Shown here piece by piece: positions 11,000 through 21,954 of a stretch of DNA of 64,000 bases. Made by a program: the position numbers and the translations under genes. The notes under the pieces are model-generated. The model did not search any database and had not been told where the DNA came from. It was given only the letters and a program-made list of their open reading frames with translations. The stretch spans positions 558,001-622,000 of the forward strand of contig NIVC01000029.1 of NCBI GenBank assembly GCA_002269645.1, given 5' to 3'. Each line of letters starts with the position of its first letter. The stretch's first letter is position 1. Source of the DNA: Macrostomum lignano. Taxonomy: Eukaryota.

Positions 11000-11259
11000 G
11001 TCCGGATCGCTACACGGAGCCAATAGAAGGCAAATGGCAGCGCACAATGCGCGGGTATCCAACTCAGTGGGTGAAGCTGTGGTGCGACAAACACGGCTTG
11101 GGAAATCTGGCCGATCGCCTGACAGGCAACAAAGCGGACGGTGCCAAGCTGATGGACTGGGAGAGGCGGCGCAGCTTGCAACGGGAGCTCAGACTCACCG
11201 ATTTGGAAGCTGAGAAACTGGCCAGCGTTATGGACAAGAGCGATTTCACTCTGAAATAG
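11000..11259 (+). CDS. Terminal exon encoding a SAM-like domain; upstream exons not identified
   Basis: Acceptor TTTTGCTCAG| at 10999/11000 (phase 1). PTQWVKLWCDKHGLGNLADRLTGNKADGAKLMDW..LQRELRLTDLEAEKL fits the SAM pattern W..V..W...GL..L...N..DG..L....L..EL.L....KL. Stop at 11257-11259. Confidence 0.6.
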
Positions 11260-11372
11260 AATACAGATGAAGTGGCGCAGAAAAACAAAAGGAGCTACAA
11301 TTTTTTAAATTAAATCCTGTTTTCTAACCAACAACAGCAAGTAGGTAGACGTGTAGTTTAAACATGTAACTC

Positions 11373-11695
11373 TTGGTTGTAGCCTAGTGGTCAGAGCGTC
11401 AGACTCACGACTGAAGGTCGGGGGTTCGATTCCCGATCCCACTCGGAACAATTTGTGTCCTTGAGCAAGACACTCAACTCTGCATTGCTTCAGTTCACCC
11501 AGCTGTAAAATGGGTGCCAGCATTAGTTAGGGTAATTGAGGGTTGGGTCATGGCAACCCCCCCCAGTCCCTTTGGACTGAACAGCCGTGCGTAGCAGCTT
11601 TCAGATGCGCCGAGCACTAGCGGCGGCTGAGCTGTCGGTTGCACATCTGGCCGAATTGGGGCAGGTGTAAACAAATCTTTTATATTATTATTAAC
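11373..11695 (+). mobile_element. tRNA-derived SINE with CORE-like central domain
   Basis: Pol III A box TAGCCTAGTGG (11380-11390) and B box GGTTCGATTCC (11423-11433). The central GTGTCCTTGAGCAAGACACTCAAC..CAGTTCACCCAGCTGTAAAATGGG resembles conserved SINE cores. An AT-rich (TTA) tail lies at ~11680-11695. Confidence 0.75.
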
Positions 11696-12384
11696 ACTTA
11701 ATGCAAAGCGTTATAACCAGCAAGACTTAGACGATGTAAAAACTTTGATCCTATGTATACTTGTAGCTCCAATCTTTAAAAAGTAACTGAGACAACATTT
11801 TTGCTGTTTTTCATCGATCCTTTAGAATCCTGCAGTTAGTTTCCTTTAAAACATATATTTAATATTTATTAATGTAATTTTTAGGCTACGAGTGTAATAT
11901 TATTTGTAGATCTATTCTTTCCTCCATGGTGACAACCTTAAAATAAATTGCCACCACGTGTACTCATTTGCAGCTAGAGTTTGTTTGCTTGATTGAATAA
12001 CTCACATCGTAAAAATTGATTTGCTTGCTTGTATTTAGTAGCTTATTACTTTGCAATACTATAAATATTGTAATATTCCGTTATTTACTGGTAGCTACTA
12101 TAACACTACCTAAAGACACTGCAAAAGACACTAAAAGATCCTGTAAAATCGGTTGACAAAAGTCACGTCGCTTCTGTAACGACTTGAAAATTCTGACTCT
12201 TTTTAAAAATCAAAACAACTTCATTATAACAAAACGAAACTACAAAAGGCACTGAATAAGAATTTCGTCACTATATGAATGATTTAATAGAGCTTTGCTT
12301 GGTTAATTTAATTAATAAATCATTATCCCAATATCTCGACGTTATCCCAATTTTCAAGAGTCCATCTTCATCAACCACAGTTTC

Positions 12385-14240
12385 TCATCGTTGTTGTCCA
12401 GTTCTCTGTTGCGCAGATGAACGACTCTTGCAACTAAACCGGCACAGCATCACTCGACTTCCAATCTCAAAAGCCAACAGTGCGTACAGCCGATTGCTCA
12501 GAATCAAATAGCGCAGATCGGACTTGGCCGCACTAACAGTCTCAGACAGCATGGCTATGAGAAAATTGAAGCTGAACAGCACTACGATGAGGTGAAGAGT
12601 GACAAACACGAGGCCCAGACGGTGCAGAGACGCCTCAGAGAATGTCATAGCACTGATGGCTCGGTAGAAACCCATTGCTAGACCCAGAGGTCCGAGGTGG
12701 CTTGGAAATACGGGATCGCACGGCACAATCAGAGCCACTAGCCAGGAGCAGGTGAACACAATTCCGGTTGCGCCAGCCGCAAATGATAACACTCTGCCCA
12801 AGCAGCACCAGATCAGCATCAGCGTATCGATCAGCATCAACCAGTCGAACAGGGCAGCAATTCCGCAGAATCCATACAGCAGACAAGTTGAAAAGTCCAG
12901 CACACGAATCGCCGCCTTCCAGTCAGTCAGAAATTCGGTCGGATCGACTGATTCAGCTAGTTTATGCTTGAGAAACTGACTCAATGGTATTGTCAGTGTG
13001 ACTATCACAGCCAAGTGAGTGCTCAAAACGACTATTTTTCCTTGAAGGTGCCTCAGCAAGGCTGCAGTATAGGACTCGTCTGCAAAAGGAGCTATGTTTA
13101 TAGTTCGTTGTTTTAATGCCAAATATTATTTTGAATTTTTTACCTGGCTCCTTCGTGGTATATACGTAAGTGTGAAAGCAGGCTACAACGCAGCTGCATT
13201 CCACCCAGTAAACAAATAAAGCAAACCAAGCTAAGATGCGTCCTAGTGGACTGCTCAAAAAGCTCCTGTGGACGTGTTTTCGACAGACAAACACCAGCAA
13301 GTCAGCGTTGGAAAAGTGCGGAGCATTGACTGAAGAAAGGCCACAGCGGCTGTCTCGTAGCTGTCAGCCGCATCAGCGAGTGTCAGTTTCGCCAACAGAC
13401 AGTGAACTGGTAGCGGCCGCGGCTTGGCCATAGACAGTTGAACAGTGAGTTGGTCAGATGAGGCAGCTGACTCGTGACTGACAAGCTGCTGCAAGTACTT
13501 CATTGACATGGCACTGAATGCGGTCTCCAGTAGGGTGCAATGCTTAGCGTCATCAGCAAAAGCTGCTGTTGGTCATCGTTTTTAACCAGTACGGACTCCT
13601 CGCTCAGCTGTAGCAAGCACAGGAGGTCAACGTCGTCATCATCTTGAAGAATCTTGATCAACCTTTGTTGCATTAATTTTGTTTGCCGTTCAGCGTCCAT
13701 CAATTGAAAGTCTAGGATTGTCTCTGCCTGACTATTATAGCTCAGGGATTTGAATAATGATTTCTCCAGACTGATCTGTTCAGCAAATATATTCCCAATT
13801 TTTTGGGCCCTCACAGCTCCCTCCGCAAACAACCTTCAGACGCATCAGCTGCAGCCAGTATCCATGCAGTTTATACATAACCGACAAATTTCATCGACAA
13901 ATAGACAGCTATGGATGTAGGCTAAAATTTTTCCCCGAGAAAGTAAATAGCCACTGGACATTGTTGTCATACCTTGAGCAAATATCTCAAACCTTCTAGC
14001 GAATTCCATGCTGATTCAAATACAGCGAAATTGAGGCCCGCGACAGCAAACTACCAATTAACTTAGCTACTGTTTGGTCAGTATAGCTGGCTTTTTCATG
14101 AATGCAAAAAGTCAGCCATGGATGCAAATAGGAATTTTCGCGATTATCGTTCTGCTAATTAAACGAGTTGGTCTCATCTCCTGTCTCTGGGGGAACAGAT
14201 GCATGCAGAGATGGGTTTTTAAAGTCGGTCAGAAAAATTC
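12385..14240 (-). pseudogene. TRP-type cation channel-like gene, apparently disrupted
   Basis: S6-like VVLFSFNFLIAMLSET, linker-like HLGPLGLAM and pre-S1 SFLSSPLGRILAWF. A phase-1 GT-AG intron at 13143-13080 joins TTKEP-D-ESY. Frameshifts near ~13290 and ~13570, and several in-frame stops in 13840-14240. Confidence 0.55.
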
Positions 14241-14319
14241 CATCTAAAAAGATTCAAGCTTCGTTTGTGAAGTATACGCTTGTAATTCAAGATTTTAAAG
14301 TAATTTTCGAGCTTGTGAA

Positions 14320-14770
14320 GTTTCGAGTTTTTGATGTTTCGAGTTTTGAAGTTTCGAGCTTGTAAAGTGTCGAGCTTGTGTAGCTTCTAGTCTGTGAAGT
14401 TTCGAGCTTGTGTAGCTTCGAATCTGTGATGTTTCGAGCTTGTGTAGTTTCGAGTCTGTGAAGTTTCGAGCTTATGTAGCTTCGAGTCTGTGATGTTTCG
14501 AGCTTGTGTAGTTTCGAGTCTGTGAAGTTTCGAGCTTGTGTAGCTTTGAGTCTTTGAAGTTTCGAGCTTGTGTAGCTTTGAGTCTGTGAAGTTTCGAGCT
14601 TGTGTAGTTTCGAGTCTGTGAAGTTTCGAGCTTGTGTAGCTTCGAGTCTGTGATGTTTCGAGCTTGTGTAGTTTCGAGTCTGTGAAGTTTCGAGCTTGTG
14701 TAGCTTCGAGTCTGTGAAGTTTCGAGCTTGTGTAGCTTCGAGTCTGTGATGCTTCGAGCTTGTGAAATTT
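14320..14770. repeat. 32-bp minisatellite (GAAGTTTCGAGCTTGTGTAGCTTCGAGTCTGT)
   Basis: Visible tandem array. Confidence 0.9.
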
Positions 14771-15364
14771 CGAGGCTCTGAAAGATTCTGACTTTCGACA
14801 ATGTGATAATTCGAGCTTATGAAACGCCCCGCATCCACTATACTGGCTCAAACCCTTCGCTTAAACTCTGTAGCCTGACTGACAGCTGAATTCTATCAAA
14901 TGGTTTAGGTTAGACAGCTTGGGTAGAACTTGAACAATTCGTGTGACAATGATGCTCAGGTCCATCTCGTTTTCTATCTCTACCTCTCCAAGCATCGCAC
15001 AAAGAGGGCCAAACCCATCTAAGGAGCATGCAAGCAGCAGAAAATGAGAGCCGAGGACTCAGGTCACACGCCATATTATATAGTCTAAAAAACCGTGCAT
15101 ACGCCTTCCAAAATACCTATTAGGACTTAATTTTACAGCTGCCCGCCCCAATCTCCGAGGGATAATAAAATGAATTAGAAAGACACAATGGCAGAGCTGC
15201 AGGGTCACGTGTCGGAGTTGAAGCAGAGCTGCCGCAGAAAGATGACTCATAGATGCGATTATAAAAGAATACAGAAGCAGATTTTGGACCGGCAATAGCG
15301 CTTGTTTATTTTGTAATTTTTAATTCCGACAAGAGTTGACATTAGAGACGACCAGCTGACAAAT

Positions 15365-15631
15365 ATGAGTCCACAACAGTTTCGCATTGTCAAACGGTGC
15401 CTGCCTCTGTCATTGCTGATGATGCTGGTCCTGTGCACAGTCGGTACACTCGATGCGACATCGGACTTTGCAAACGACCAAGTTATTGAAGAACCGGACA
15501 GCGAGCTGCAGGGACTTTCGGACGCCGAAGACAATCTGCAGGGTGAGCAGCAGATTGACGAGGACAATTTCGATGATGAAGACCTCAAAGACTCGGTCGC
15601 GGTCAAGTATCGTAGAGATAAAATTGGATAG
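15365..15631 (+). CDS. Small secreted prepropeptide-like ORF (88 aa)
   Basis: Hydrophobic signal-like N-terminus (CLPLSLLMMLVLCTVGTLDA), a Asp/Glu-rich pro-region, dibasic RR, then DKIG-stop. Confidence 0.5.
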   Translation: MSPQQFRIVKRCLPLSLLMMLVLCTVGTLDATSDFANDQVIEEPDSELQGLSDAEDNLQGEQQIDEDNFDDEDLKDSVAVKYRRDKIG

Positions 15632-16286
15632 AGGTTCGCTGATCTTCGAATCGACGGAGACTTGGCTTTGAAGACTGTTTTTGCAACTACGAGTACAAAT
15701 TCAATGGACGTGATTTCAACGCTATGAATGTGATTGTGTTGCATATCGTCAAATCGGTTTTTATTGGTTATTTCTCAAACTAATAACTTTCCAATATGAA
15801 AAGAATAGTATATCTATTAAAAACTCGTATTTATCAACTAATAAATATCATAATTAATAAAACATGTTTAGAATTAATGAATTTTTAAACCAGTTAAACG
15901 CTAACTGGTTTTTATACTACTACTTTTGATATTAAGTAGTATGAAACACTCTGAACTAATAATACAATTTTTAGCCATAAAAGAAGATGCGACGTATCCC
16001 TTGAAATACCCTTGAAATATTCAAATGGACACGTCTGATACACAACAATGGACACGTCGGACACACCCAAATAGACACGTCTGACACTCCAAATAGACAC
16101 GTCTGACACACTCAAACGGAGGTGTACGACACACAAAGTGGACAATTTTAATTTTACCTATTGGAACTGCACTCATGCAGTCTTCGCAAAATTTACAGTT
16201 CCGCTAATTCACCAACCCCCAGTTAGGTATAAAAAATCAATCAATGATAAATCGATCAAGCTCACAGTCAGTGGAGCTCAAGGCAT

Positions 16287-16303
16287 GAGAGAGAGAAAGA
16301 GAG

Positions 16304-16378
<75 letters not shown>
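16287..16378. repeat. (GA)n microsatellite
   Basis: Direct reading. Confidence 0.98.
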
Positions 16379-16380
<2 letters not shown>

Positions 16381-16833
16381 AGTAAAAGCTACTGGTGAAT
16401 TCGTCCATGAATGAGGACCTGCCAACAGAGTACAGTACTCAAAAAATTGAATTTGACTCAGTTGCACAAAACCACCATACCCCATAGCTGGTGTTTAATC
16501 CCAAGCTATTTGAATCGCAAAATGTGGAATTTCAGTTTACAATGCCAATGCAAAAATGAATATATACTCGGTAACATTTTCCTCAGAGGGAGATTCATAA
16601 GCCAAAAAAGGCATCCACAAGCATAGGTTAAAATTTCTCTTTAATCTTTTGGCAGAGAAAGTTATGAGTACTATGAGAAGTAATGGTAAAAATTCATGCC
16701 ACAAAATCTGCTTCTGTCAATCAATCGACTATGAAAGACTGGTAAGATGTGCGCCTGTCAATAACCTTGATTTTCTAATAGCATACGAGTACGTGGAAAT
16801 TCATGATCGGATGGTAAACTAGTTTTAATTAAC

Positions 16834-17625
16834 CATAGACTATTGGCTAATGCAGACCATAGACTATTGGCTAATGCAGACCATAGACTATTGGCTAATG
16901 CAGACCATAGACTATTGGCTAATGCAGACCATAGACTATTGGCTAATGCAGACCATAGACTATTGGCTAATGCAGACCATAGACTATTGGCTAATGCAGA
17001 CCATAGACTATTGGCTAATGCAGACCATAGACTATATTGGCTAATGCAGACCATAACTATTGAATAATGCAGACCATAGACTATTGGCTTATGTAGACCA
17101 TAGACTATTGGCTTATGTAGACCATAGACTATTGGCTAATGCAGACCATAGAGGGCATAGACTATTGGCTGGTGCAGACCATGGACTATTGGCTAATGCA
17201 GACCATAGACTATTGGCTAATGCAGACCATAGACTATTGGCTAATGCAGACCATAGACTATATTGGCTAATGCAGACCATAACTATTGAATAATGCAGAC
17301 CATAGACTATTGGCTTATGTAGACCATAGACTATTGGCTAATGCAGACCATAGAGGGCATAGACTATTGGCTGGTGCAGACCATGGACTATTGGCTAATG
17401 CAGACCATAGACTATTGGCTAATGCAGACCATAGACTATTGGCTAATGCAGACCATAGACTATATTGGCTAATGCAGACCATAACTATTGAATAATGCAG
17501 ACCATAGACTATTGGCTTATGTAGACCATAGACTATTGGCTAATGCAGACCATAGACTATTGGCTAATGCAGACCATAACTATTGAATAATGCAGACCAT
17601 AGACTATTGGCTTATGTAGACCATG
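16834..17625. repeat. 24-bp minisatellite (CATAGACTATTGGCTAATGCAGAC) with internal higher-order blocks
   Basis: Tandem array; variant blocks repeat at ~17060 and ~17286. Confidence 0.95.
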
Positions 17626-18074
17626 GGTTTGACTATAATGTTCGACTAAAAGTCCGACTAAAACCGACAAAATTTCAAGTACATGTAATTTTATTTCTCT
17701 AAGTCTTGAACGATACAATTGCATTAATGTATAGTCAACTTGTTTTTTCTAGCACAAGTGTCCTAAAATTATAATCGAAACTTAACTAGATTTGATTGCC
17801 TAAACCATATAGCTACATTTAGATGTAGCGATACAGAAATGGTCAGTCTGCATTCCAATTTTTTTGTTTGCTATATAGTGCCCATGATGGCGACACACTG
17901 AACACTGATTATTAGTCAGGTGACTTGGGCCGCGTTTGAAATTGTCTTTATCTAAAGAAGTTATCTAAGACTGATCATTTTAGCCAACAATCGTTGATTA
18001 CGAATTGCGTATTAAATAGATTCGATCGAGTTGGGTATCAGTACGCGAAAGTGCACAAATTCATTCACATTATA

Positions 18075-18800
18075 GGTAGACAGGCACGAAGAAAGGCATA
18101 AAGACAGGCACTAAAACATGAATGAGGCACTAAATCAGACACTAAAACAGGCATGAAGACAGGCACCAAACAGGCATAAAGACAGGCACTAAAACAGGAA
18201 TGAATACAGGCACCAAACAGGCATGAAGACAGGCACTAAAACATGAATGAGGCACTAAATCAGACACTAAAACAGGCATGAATACAGGCACCAAACAGGC
18301 ATGAAGACAGGCACTAAAACATGAATGAGGCACTAAATCAGACACTAAAACAGGCATGAAGACAGGCACCAAACAGGCATGAAGACAGGCACTAAAACAT
18401 GAATGAGGCACTAAATCAGACACTAAAACAGGCATGAAGACAGGCACCAAACAGGCATGAAGACAGGCACTAAAACATGAATGAGGCACTAAATCAGACA
18501 CTAAAACAGGCATGAAGACAGGCACCAAACAGGCATGAAGACAGGCACTAAAACATGAATGAGGCACTAAATCAGACACTAAAACAGGCATGAAGACAGG
18601 CACCAAACAGGCATGAAGACAGGCACTAAAACATGAATGAGGCACTAAATCAGACACTAAAACAGGCATGAAGACAGGCACCAAACAGGCATGAAGACAG
18701 GCACTAAAACATGAATGAGGCACTAAATCAGACACTAAAACAGGCATGAAGACAGGCACCAAACAGGCATGAAGACAGGCACTAAAACCGGCATGAAGGC
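18075..18800. repeat. 78-bp minisatellite built from CAGGCA-containing subunits
   Basis: 26-aa periodicity in the spurious minus-strand ORF. Confidence 0.9.
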
Positions 18801-19489
18801 GGCAAGACAAGAAGAAAAAGCAAAACGAACAAACTGATTGGAGATTAGTATGTAGAAGACTTGGGAATGGAATTAGAAATTGAGATGATGAGCAGCAACT
18901 GCAACGGATATAATATTTCGCACAATAATAGGTCATAAAAAGCATTTAGTGCCATCAGGTTACTGGCGGGTGTGGAATAGAGTGTCTACTCAATAATAGT
19001 GCTCAGCCGCTGCCATTCATCAGATATCAAAGCTGGATTGGCCTTAGCCTGAGTTGGTCTCACTCTTCCCCCGTTGGTAACCATGGCAAATGCGCGCGGG
19101 CCTTCTTGGATGGGGAGAATGGAATGGGGTAGATTCTCCCAGTAGAGAGAAGTCCTCAACCGTTTACTCAAACTGATCACGCGCTTAGAGCATGCTCAAG
19201 GTATAGCTACATGTAGCTATATTCGCCCGACTAGAAAAATCAATCGTTACATTTTTTGTAGTCTTTTGTGGTAAGTCTCTCTATTTAGAGAAAGGTCTGC
19301 AAAGTTGTTTATAAAAGCTGACAGCCATAAGGGGTCAGAACTTAACCCTCTAATGAGGGATCAGCAGGGGCGGCGCCATAGATTTTATGGTGGGGGGGAC
19401 AAAGCCAAGAAGTACATATATACATGATTAAATTCCTACATGTCCATTATTTTGAGAATCGGTGTTAAAGCGCTCATATTGGCGCCGCA

Positions 19490-19635
19490 GGCACTAAATC
19501 CCTCATCTCATTTTAGCGCCGCAGGCACTCATTTTAGCGCCGCATGCACTCATTTTAGCGCCGCAGGCACTCATTTTAGCGCCGCAGGCACTCATTTTAG
19601 CGCCGCAGGCACTCATTTTAGCGCCGCAGGCGCTA
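19490..19635. repeat. 21-bp minisatellite (CTCATTTTAGCGCCGCAGGCA)
   Basis: About 6 copies. Confidence 0.85.
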
Positions 19636-20644
19636 TATTATGGCGCCCGGAAGAAAAATGATTGATTGCCACAACGGGACACATGGTGGGGTGGAGGGAC
19701 AAAGCATTAGCATCCAGGAGGACACATAGTTGCCGGAAAAAGCAACAAGCAGAATCCTCCAAGAGAAGAAGAGAAGGGTTATTTTTTAGGGGATTGAAGA
19801 ATGGCTCTTGTAGGACCTCCCTCTTGCCTGTAGGTTGCAGTAGACAGTACAGAGACTCAAAAATAGCAACGAGACTTTCCTCATCAAACAGTAGCTATAG
19901 GCTATAACAAAAGCAGTCACATGACTTTGACAAAGCGACGGCATCATAGTATAGAGATGGATTGAGAATGGAAACTATGTTATATAGTATATACCCTATG
20001 CAGAGCGTGAGGCAGAAGTGCATATATAATGAATCATTAATTAATTTTGTTTCTGAATTTTCTAACATGATTTCTTATACTCTTGGCTTTAAATACACTG
20101 AAGTATTCTATCTCTCAGACCTTTCAGGTCTGCAACTGTTACCCTCCTTGTGTGTCATACAGGATGTCAACTGATATATAAGAGATTAGATACTAAATTA
20201 AAAATAAACTCGCGGATGTGGCCTGAGGACTGCAGTATACAAACACAGCAGTTTAGTAACGCAGTACCTTATATTCGAATTTGTTAAAGAAAAGAGCAAT
20301 GAGTTTCAGATAAAGGCGCAGTTTAAAGACGCAGATGATGTGGTTTACGCTTGTACTAAGCTGATTCGTGTGGCTAAGCTAAGACTCTGAAATTAGGGTG
20401 GGGGTGGGGCAGCAAAATGTACACTCTCCTGACATGGCAGTTTCCATCTATGCTACCTATCTGAGTTCATTCTGACCCCGCCCAAAAACTCTATGCTGCG
20501 CAGCTTAGGAGTGTCGAAGCCTTAGCAATAGGAAAACTACTCAGAATATACGATTGGAGTTCGTTCGTACGCATATACATAGCTAGTCTTATTATCTGTT
20601 ACTATAATGAGCGGACAGGCAAATGGAAAAAATACATGACAGGC

Positions 20645-20878
<234 letters not shown>

Positions 20879-21589
20879 TCTTACGACTGTCTGTGTGTTT
20901 AGCGGGACCTGAGTTATGTTAATGCGTTACGTGGACCACGCAATTCCGGTTAAAAAATAGAGTCTGTTTTGACAACGCGAAAGGCTAGCTAGGGTTATCT
21001 TTTTGTTAACTTGACGGAATAGCCAGTTCGGGGAAACTGTGGTGGTTCACTAACTACGTTTTGGGGACCGGGTTAGGTGGACCGCAAAAAAACAGTTGGT
21101 TTAGTTAGACCTCTTTCGTTGTAGAAAATTTATTGCTTTAAACTGTTCTTTTGAACTAATTAAAACAGAAATTCTCAAAAAGAACAGATAAAAGGGTTAC
21201 GACGTCATTTAATGAAAATATCCCAAGTTCAAACCAATTTATTTAGCATTATTAATCGGGTTAATCGGGTTAAACAAATGTACGATCGCATTAGTTAGTT
21301 GCGTCGCGTGAATACAAGAAGGTGAATGAAAATAAAGCATTTTGAAAATAAATACCGAATCATATCAAATACTAACTGTAAACTCATTAAAACTAATTTA
21401 GGTCAAAATGTATGCTTCAAATACATGTTAACAAACGGAAGATTCCATTAGTTAAAAAAGGTCATCCGAGTACGAGCCTACAAGAAGTTGAAGGGCATTT
21501 TTAATAACGACAAAAGTTCCTAAAACTGAAATTAAATTTATTTGACTACATCAGTCCTATTATACTGAATGAGTTAATGAGCAATCATA

Positions 21590-21922
21590 TGCTAAGCCAA
21601 TCATTTTACCGACTTTCATCTTTTCGTTCACGCAGATGATGGCTTAATCTTCTTATTTTTTCTACGAAATATTCTCCTGGACCTTCCCTGCCTCCGTGGT
21701 CCGGGACCGCTTCTGTTATTGATCTGTCATTGCCTCTCTCACGAATTTCAGCTTACCCAGCCATCGAATCCGCTTTCGTCAGCTCAGCTCTATGATGAAC
21801 CTTTCTATATTTCTCCTCAATTTAGTGGTTTGAATCTTCTTTTACAGTTCGTTTTAACCTTCATCTCGGTGAAACGCAGTCAGTCTCGTCGAGCTCAGGC
21901 GAACAAAATCAACCACAGGCTC
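21590..21922 (-). pseudogene. Degenerate exon remnant of element B (repeat-exon start joined to recombinase-tail-like fragments)
   Basis: The minus strand reads TTTGTAG|GAG CCT GTG GTT GAT TTT (EPVVDF, cf. EPEVEF) followed by a stop. AGCTGACGAAAGCGGATTCGATGG resembles 7549-7573. Confidence 0.6.
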
Positions 21923-21954
21923 CTACAAAGGTAGAAAATAAAATTAACTGACAA

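Noticed and set aside
10061-11213. Long 319-379-aa ORFs
   Set aside because: They are translations of a 27-bp minisatellite with no stops. Only 11000-11259 looks coding.
11373-11445. tRNA gene
   Set aside because: A and B boxes are present, but there is no convincing acceptor stem and the sequence continues into a SINE body.
14287-18945. ORFs at 14287-14851, 16758-17495 and 18142-18945
   Set aside because: They show pure minisatellite periodicity.
19366-19660. G-rich MITE-like end CAGGGGCGGCGCCA
   Set aside because: No matching second terminus or TSD was found.
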